A stretch of 64,000 nt of DNA. Source: Paragordius varius. Taxonomy: Eukaryota; Animalia; Nematomorpha. This document shows, piece after piece, positions 56,901 through 64,000 of this stretch. Under the pieces are notes generated by a model. The model was given only the letters and a program-made list of their open reading frames with translations. It ran no database searches and was not told the origin of the DNA. The DNA is taken from assembly GCA_964247055.1 (NCBI GenBank), contig OZ176059.1, positions 3,596,001-3,660,000 of the forward strand, given 5' to 3'. How positions within the stretch are numbered: position 1 is the stretch's first letter; the number at the start of each line of letters is the position of its first letter. The translations under genes were made by a program, and so were the position numbers.

Positions 56901-59900
56901 TATTTAAGGTTGATTGTTGAATCAAAATCATTATGAATATGAATTCTATACAACAATTCAATAATGTTAAGAGCAAGTATCATTTTAAGACAAATACGTA
57001 TTTAAGCTCAAATAAAAGACCAATTTAACCTATGAGATTAATTTTAAATCTTTCACATAGACTCTACAAATCAAAAATGAATCAGTTACGTGCATTATTT
57101 AAAGTTAATTGTTGAATCATAAAATAGAATTATATAATATAAGAAATCAATAATGTTAAGCGCAAGTATCATTTTAAGACAAATACGTATTTAAGCTCAA
57201 ATAAAAGACCAATTTTACCTATTTTAAATCTTTCACATAGACTCTACAAATCAAAAAAGAATTGGTTACGTGCATTATTTAAGGTTGATTGTTGAACAAA
57301 ATCATTATGAATATGAATTCTATACAACAATTCAATAATGTTAAGAGCAAGTATCATTTTAAGAAAATACGTATTTAAGCCTAAATAAAAGACCATTGTT
57401 TTTACCTATAAGATTATTTTTAAAATCCCGCACATAGACTTTACAAATCAAAAAAGAATCAGTTACGTGCATTATTCAAGGTTGATTGTTAAAATAGAAT
57501 TCTATAATATAAGAAATGAATAATGTGAAGCGCAAGTATCATTTTAAAATGACAAATACATATTTAAGATCAAATAAAAGACCAAATTTACCTACAAGAT
57601 TAATTTTCAATCTTTCACATAGACTCTACAAATCAAAAAAGAATTCGTTACGTGTATTATTTAAAGTTAATTGTTGAATCATAAAATAGAATTATATAAT
57701 ATAATAAATCAATAATGTTAAGCGCAAGTATCATTTTAAGACAAATACGTATTTACAAATAGAAGATTAATATTTTGGCCTATAAGATTATTTTTAAATC
57801 CTTCACATAGACTCAACAAATCAAAAAAGAATCTGTTACGTGCATTATTTAAGGTTGATTCTTAAAATAGAATTCTATAATATAAGAAATGAATAATGTG
57901 AAGCGCAAGTATCATTTTAAAATGACAAATACGTATTTAAGCTCAAATAAACGACCAATTTTACCTATAAGATTAATTTTAAATCTTTCACATAGACTCT
58001 ACAAATCAAAAAAGAGTTGGTTACGTGCATTATTTAAGGTTGATTGTTGAATCAAAATCATTATGAATATGAATTCTATACAACAATTCAATAATGTTAA
58101 GAGCAAGTATCATTTTAAGACAAATACGTATTTAAGCTCAAATAAAAGACCAATTTTACCTATAAGATTAATTTTAAATCTTTCACATAGACTCTACAAA
58201 TCAAAAAAGAGTTGGTTACGTGCATTATTTAAGGTTGATTGTTGAATCAAAATCATTATGAATATGAATTCTATACAACAATTCAATAATGTTAAGAGCA
58301 AGTATCATTTTAAGACAAATACGTATTTAAGCTCAAATAAAAGACCAATTTTACCTATAAGATTAATTTTAATCTTTCACATAGACTCTACAAATCAAAA
58401 AAGAGTTGGTTACGTGCATTATTTAAGGTTGATTGTTGAATCAAAATCATTATGAATATGAATTCTATACAACAATTCAATAATGTTAAGAGCAAGTATC
58501 ATTTTAAGACAAATACGTATTTAAGCTCAAATAAAAGACCAATTTTACCTATAAGATTAATTTTAAATCTTTCACATAGCTACAAATTAAAAATGAATTG
58601 GTTACGTGCATTATTTAAGGTTGATTGTTGAATCAAAATCATTATGAATATGAATTCTATACAACAATTCAATAATGTTAAGAGCAAGTATCATTTTAAG
58701 AAAATACGTATTTAAGCCTAAATAAAAGACCATTGTTTTTACCTATAAGATTATTTTTAAAATCCCGCACATAGACTTTACAAATCAAAAAAGAATCAGT
58801 TACGTGCATTATTCAAGGTTGATTGTTAAAATAGAATTCTATAATATAAGAAATGAATAATGTGAAGCGCAAGTATCATTTTAAAATGACAAATACATAT
58901 TTAAGCTTAAATAAAAGACCAATGTTTTTACCTGTAAGATTATTTTTAAATCCTTCACATAGACTCAACAAATCAAAAAAGAATCAGTTACGTGCATTAT
59001 TTAAGGTTGATTGTTGAATCAAAATCATTATAAATATGAATTCTATACAACAATTCAATAATGCTAAGAGCAAGTATAATTTTAAGACAAATACGTATTT
59101 AAGCCTAAATAAAAGACCAATGCTTTTACCTATAAGATTGCATTTTAAAATCCCGCCCATAGACTTTAAAAATCAAAAAAGAATCAGTTACGTGCATTAT
59201 TTAAAGTTAATTGTTGAATCATAAAATACAATTCTATAATATAAGAAATCAATATTGTTAAGAGCAAGTATCATTTTAAGACAAATACGTATTTAAGCTC
59301 AAATAAAAGACCAATTTTACCTATAAGATTAATTTTAAATCTTTCACATAGACTCTACAAATCAAAAAAGAATTGGTTACGTGCATTATTTAAGGTTGAT
59401 TGTTGAATCAAAATCATTATGAATATGAATTCTATACAACAATTCAATAATGTTAAGAGCAAGTATCATTTTAAGACAAATACGTATTTAAGCTCAAATA
59501 AAAGACCATTGTTTTTACCTATAAGATTATTTTTAAAATCCCGCACATAGACTTTACAAATCAAAAAAGAATCAGTTACGTGCATTATTTAAAGTTAATT
59601 GTTGAATCATAAAATAGAATTCTATAATGCAAGAAATCAATAATGTTAAGCGCAAGTATCATTTTAAGACAAATACGTATTTGAGCTCAAATAAAAGACC
59701 AATTTTACTTATAAGATTAATTTTAAATCTTTCACATAGACTCTACAAATCAAAAATGAATTGGTTACGTGTAATATTTAAGGTTGATTGTTGAATCAAA
59801 ATCATTATGAATATGAATTCTATACAACAATTCAATAATGTTAAGAACAAGTATCATTTTAAGACAAATAAGTATTTAAGCTCAAATAAAAGACCAATTT

Positions 59901-61094
59901 TACCTATAAGATTAATTTTAAATCTTTCACATAGACTCTACAAATCAAAAATGAATTGGTTACGTGCATTATTTAAGGTTGATTGTTGAATCAAAATCAT
60001 TATGAATATGAATTCTATACAACAATTCAATAATGTTAAGAGCAAGTATCATTTTAAGACAAATACGTATTTAAGATCAAATAAAAGACCAAATTTACCT
60101 ACAAGATTAATTTTCAATCTTTCACATAGACTCTACAAATCAAAAAAGAATTCGTTACGTGTATTATTTAAAGTTAATTGTTGAATCATAAAATAGAATT
60201 ATATAATATAAAAAATCAATAATGTTAAGCGCAAGTATCATTTTAAGACAAATACGTATTTACAAATAGAAGATTAATATTTTTGCCTATAAGATTATTT
60301 TTAAATCCTTCACATAGACTCAACAAATCAAAAAAGAATTGGTTACGTGCATTATTTAAGGTTGATTCTTAAAATAGAATTCTATAATATAAGAAATGAA
60401 TAATGTGAAGCGCAAGTATCATTTTAAAATGACAAATACATATTTAAGATCAAATAAAAGACCAAATTTACCTACAAGATTAATTTTCAATCTTTCACAT
60501 AGACTCTACAAATCAAAAAAGAATTCGTTACGTGTATTATTTAAAGTTAATTGTTGAATCATAAAATAGAATTATATAATATAAAAAATCAATAATGTTA
60601 AGCGCAAGTATCATTTTAAGACAAATACGTATTTACAAATAAAAGATTAATATTTTGGCCTATAAGATTATTTTTAAATCCTTCACATAGACTCAACAAA
60701 TCAAAAAAGAATTGGTTACGTGCATTATTTAAGGTTGATTCTTAAAATAGAATTCTATAATATAAGAAATGAATAATGTGAAGCGCAAGTATCATTTTAA
60801 AATGACAAATACATATTTAAGCTTAAATAAAAGACCAATGTTTTTACCTGTAAGATTATTTTTAAATCCTTCACATAGACTCAACAAATCAAAAAAGAAT
60901 CAGTTACGTGCATTATTTAAGGTTGATTCTTAAAATAGAATTCTATAATATAAGAAATGAATAATGTGAAGCGCAAGTATCATTTTAAAATGACAAATAC
61001 GTATTTAAGCTCAAAAAGAAGACCAATTTTACCTATAAGATTAATTTTAAATCTTTCACATAGACTCTACAAATCAAGTTGGTTACGTGCATTA

Positions 61095-61562
61095 TTTTTT
61101 TAGTTGTAAAATTATATTCAAAATCCTGCATATAGACTCAACAATCAAATAAGATTCATTAACCAAATTAAAACGTATTTATTCATTGTGTTAAACATTG
61201 CATTATTTGCGGTTGATTGTTGAATCCAAAAATACTTTTAAGATGGATTCTAAAATAAAAATAATAAATAATGCGACAAGCAAGTATCAATTTAGGATGA
61301 ATACGTATTGAAGTTAAAATAAAAGACCAATGTTTTAGTTGTAATATTATATTCAAAATCCTGCATATAGACTCAACAATCAAATAAGATTCATTAACCA
61401 AATTAAAACGTATTTATTCATTGTGTTAAACATTGTATTATTTGCGGTCGATTGTTGAATCCAAAAATACTTTTAAGATGGATTCTAAAATAAAAATAAT
61501 CAATAATGCGACAAGCAAGTATCAATTTAAGATGAATACGTGTTTAAGCTCAAAAAAAGACC
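61095..61562 (+). repeat. A' island 2 (two monomers)
   Basis: Same entry junction (gcattatt|tttttagttgtaaaatt) and exit junction (tacgtgtttaagctcaaaaaaagacc) as island 1. Confidence 0.95.
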
Positions 61563-63514
61563 AATTTAACCTATGAGATTAATTTTAAATCTTTCAGATA
61601 GACTCTACAAATCGAAAAAGAATTGGTTACGTGCATTATTTAAGGTTGATTGTTGAATTAAAATCATTATAACAATTCAATAATGTTAAGAGCAAGTATC
61701 ATTTTAAGACAAATACGTATTTAAGCTCAAATAAAAGACCAATTTTACCTATAAGATTAATTTTAAATCTTTCACATAGACTCTACAAATCAAAAATGAA
61801 TCAGTTACGTGCATTATTTAAAGTTAATTGTTGAATCATAAAATAGAATTATATAATATAAGAAATCAATAATGTTAAGCGCAAGTATCATTTTAAGAAA
61901 ATACGTATTTAAGCCTAAATAAAAGACCATTGTTTTTACCTATAAGATTATTTTTAAAATCCCGCACATAGACTTTACAAATCAAAAAAGAATCAGTTAC
62001 GTGCATTATTCAAGGTTGATTGTTAAAATAGAATTCTATAATATAAGAAATGAATAATGTGAAGCGCAAGTATCATTTTAAAATGACAAATACATATTTA
62101 AGCTTAAATAAAAGACCATTGTTTTTACCTGTAAGATTATTTTTAAATCCTTCACATAGACTCAACAAATCAAAAAAGAATCAGTTACGTGCATTATTCA
62201 AGGTTGATTGTTAAAATAGAATTCTATAATATAAGAAATGAATAATGTGAAGCGCAAGTATCATTTTAAAATGACAAATACATATTTAAGCTTAAATAAA
62301 AGACCAATGTTTTTACCTGTAAGATTATTTTTAAATCCTTCACATAGACTCAACAAATCAAAAAAGAATCTGTTACGTGCATTATTTAAGGTTGATTCTT
62401 AAAATAGAATTCTATAATATAAGAAATGAATAATGTGAAGCGCAAGTATCATTTTAAAATGACAAATACGTATTTAAGCTCAAATAAAAGACCAATTTTA
62501 CCTATAAGATTAATTTTAAATCTTTCACATAGACTCTACAAATCAAAAAAGAGTTGGTTACGTGCATTATTTAAGGTTGATTGTTGAATCAAAATCATTA
62601 TGAATATGAATTCTATACAACAATTCAATAATGTTAAGAGCAAGTATCATTTTAAGACAAATACGTATTTAAGCTCAAATAAAAGACCAATTTTACCTAT
62701 AAGATTAATTTTAAATCTTTCACATAGACTCTACAAATCAAAAAAGAGTTGGTTACGTGCATTATTTAAGGTTGATTTTTGAATCAAAATCATTATGAAT
62801 ATGAATTCTATACAACAATTCAATAATGTTAAGAGCAAGTATCATTTTAAGACAAATACGTATTTAAGCTCAAATAAAAGACCAATTTTACCTATAAGAT
62901 TAATTTTAAATCTTTCACATAGCTACAAATTAAAAATGAATTGGTTACGTGCATTATTTAAGGTTGATTGTTGAATCAAAATCATTATGAATATGAATTC
63001 TATACAACAATTCAATAATGTTAAGAGCAAGTATCATTTTAAGAAAATACGTATTTAAGCCTAAATAAAAGACCATTGTTTTTACCTTAAAATCCCGCAC
63101 ATAGACTTTACAAATCAAAAAAGAATCAGTTACGTGCATTATTCAAGGTTGATTGTTAAAATAGAATTCTATAATATAAGAAATGAATAATGTGAAGCGC
63201 AAGTATCATTTTAAAATGACAAATACGTATTTAAGCTTAAATAAAAGACCAATGTTTTTACCTGTAAGATTATTTTTAAATCCTTCACATAGACTCAACA
63301 AATCAAAAAAGAATCAGTTACGTGCATTATTCAAGGTTGATTCTTAAAATAGAATTCTATAATATAAGAAATGAATAATGTGAAGCGCAAGTATCATTTT
63401 AAAATGACAAATACGTATTTAAGCTCAAAAAGAAGACCAATTTTACCTATAAGATTAATTTTAAATCTTTCACATAGACTCTACAAATCAAAAAAGAGTT
63501 GGTTACGTGCATTA

Positions 63515-64000
63515 TTTTTTTAGTTGTAAAATTATATTCAAAATCCTGCATATAGACTCAACAATCAAATAAGATTCATTAACCAAATTAAAACGTATTT
63601 ATTCATTGTGTTAAACATTGCATTATTTGCGGTTGATTGTTGAATCCAAAAATTCTTTTAAGATGGATTCTAAAATAAAAATAATCAATAATGCGACAAG
63701 CAAGTATCAATTTAGGATGAATACGTATTGAAGTTAAAATAAAAGACCAATGTTTTAGTTGTAAAATTATATTCAAAATCCTGCATATAGACTCAACAAT
63801 CAAATAAGATTCATTAACCAAATTAAAACGTATTTATTCATTGTGTTAAACATTGCATTATTTGCGGTCGATTGTTGAATCCAAAAATACTTTTAAGATG
63901 GATTCTAAAATAAAAATAATAAATAATGCGACAAGCAAGTATCAATTTAGGATGAATACGTATTGAAGTTAAAATAAAAGACCAATGTTTTAGTTGTAAA
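63515..64000 (+). repeat. A' island 3, running off the window end
   Basis: Same entry junction. GTTGTAAA recurs at 63523, 63758 and 63993 (235 bp). A third unit begins instead of returning to B. Confidence 0.95.

Larger units (their letters stand above)
39277..63514 (+). repeat. Satellite B: ~185-195-bp monomers of several subtypes arranged in higher-order repeats; homologous to satellite A
   Basis: Period 195 bp between 44515 and 44710. Shares aatacgtatt..aagctcaaataaaagaccaat, atagac, gcattattta.ggtt.attgttgaatc and caataatg..agcaagtatca with A but lacks ~45 bp of A. Confidence 0.98.

Noticed and set aside
40181-63821. About 35 short ORFs (MNMNSIQQF..., MGGILKC..., MVNESYL...) in the ORF track
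   Set aside because: They are translations of satellite monomers. Indels and stops vary freely between copies, there are no domain features, and many starts are non-ATG.
16449-64000. Canonical CENP-B box or telomeric repeats in the satellite
   Set aside because: No TTCG....A..CGGG motif and no TTAGG/TTAGGG tandem runs seen; the isolated TTAGG in the A monomer is not tandem. Centromeric identity cannot be claimed from sequence alone.

Overview
Very AT-rich eukaryotic DNA; the taxon cannot be determined from the sequence. No intact protein-coding gene or RNA gene is supportable. Bases 1-16.4 kb are a TE-rich, decayed region. It holds a 3'-truncated, frameshifted R2/NeSL/Utopia-like non-LTR retroelement (minus strand, ~3880-5830), two paralogous disrupted C2H2 zinc-finger genes (~7165-7658 and ~10620-11384, minus strand), a family of short TA-flanked CAGT...ACTG MITE-like elements, a ~1.1-kb TIR element with a partial second copy, and a 1141-bp foldback element with 21-bp subterminal repeats and a nested hAT-like remnant. 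From 16449 to the window end lies one continuous satellite block. Satellite A (236-bp monomer; 241- and 110-bp variants) runs to ~39276. It switches at a shared core into the homologous satellite B (~185-195-bp monomers in 14-mer, 16-mer and smaller higher-order repeats), which contains three islands of a third variant A' (235 bp). The most interesting observation is that the array starts in register with a MITE arm and shares ordered motifs with the neighbouring MITE family, suggesting the satellite grew out of that MITE. All ORFs beyond 16.4 kb are satellite artefacts. All alignments were done by eye; array structure may be affected by assembly error.
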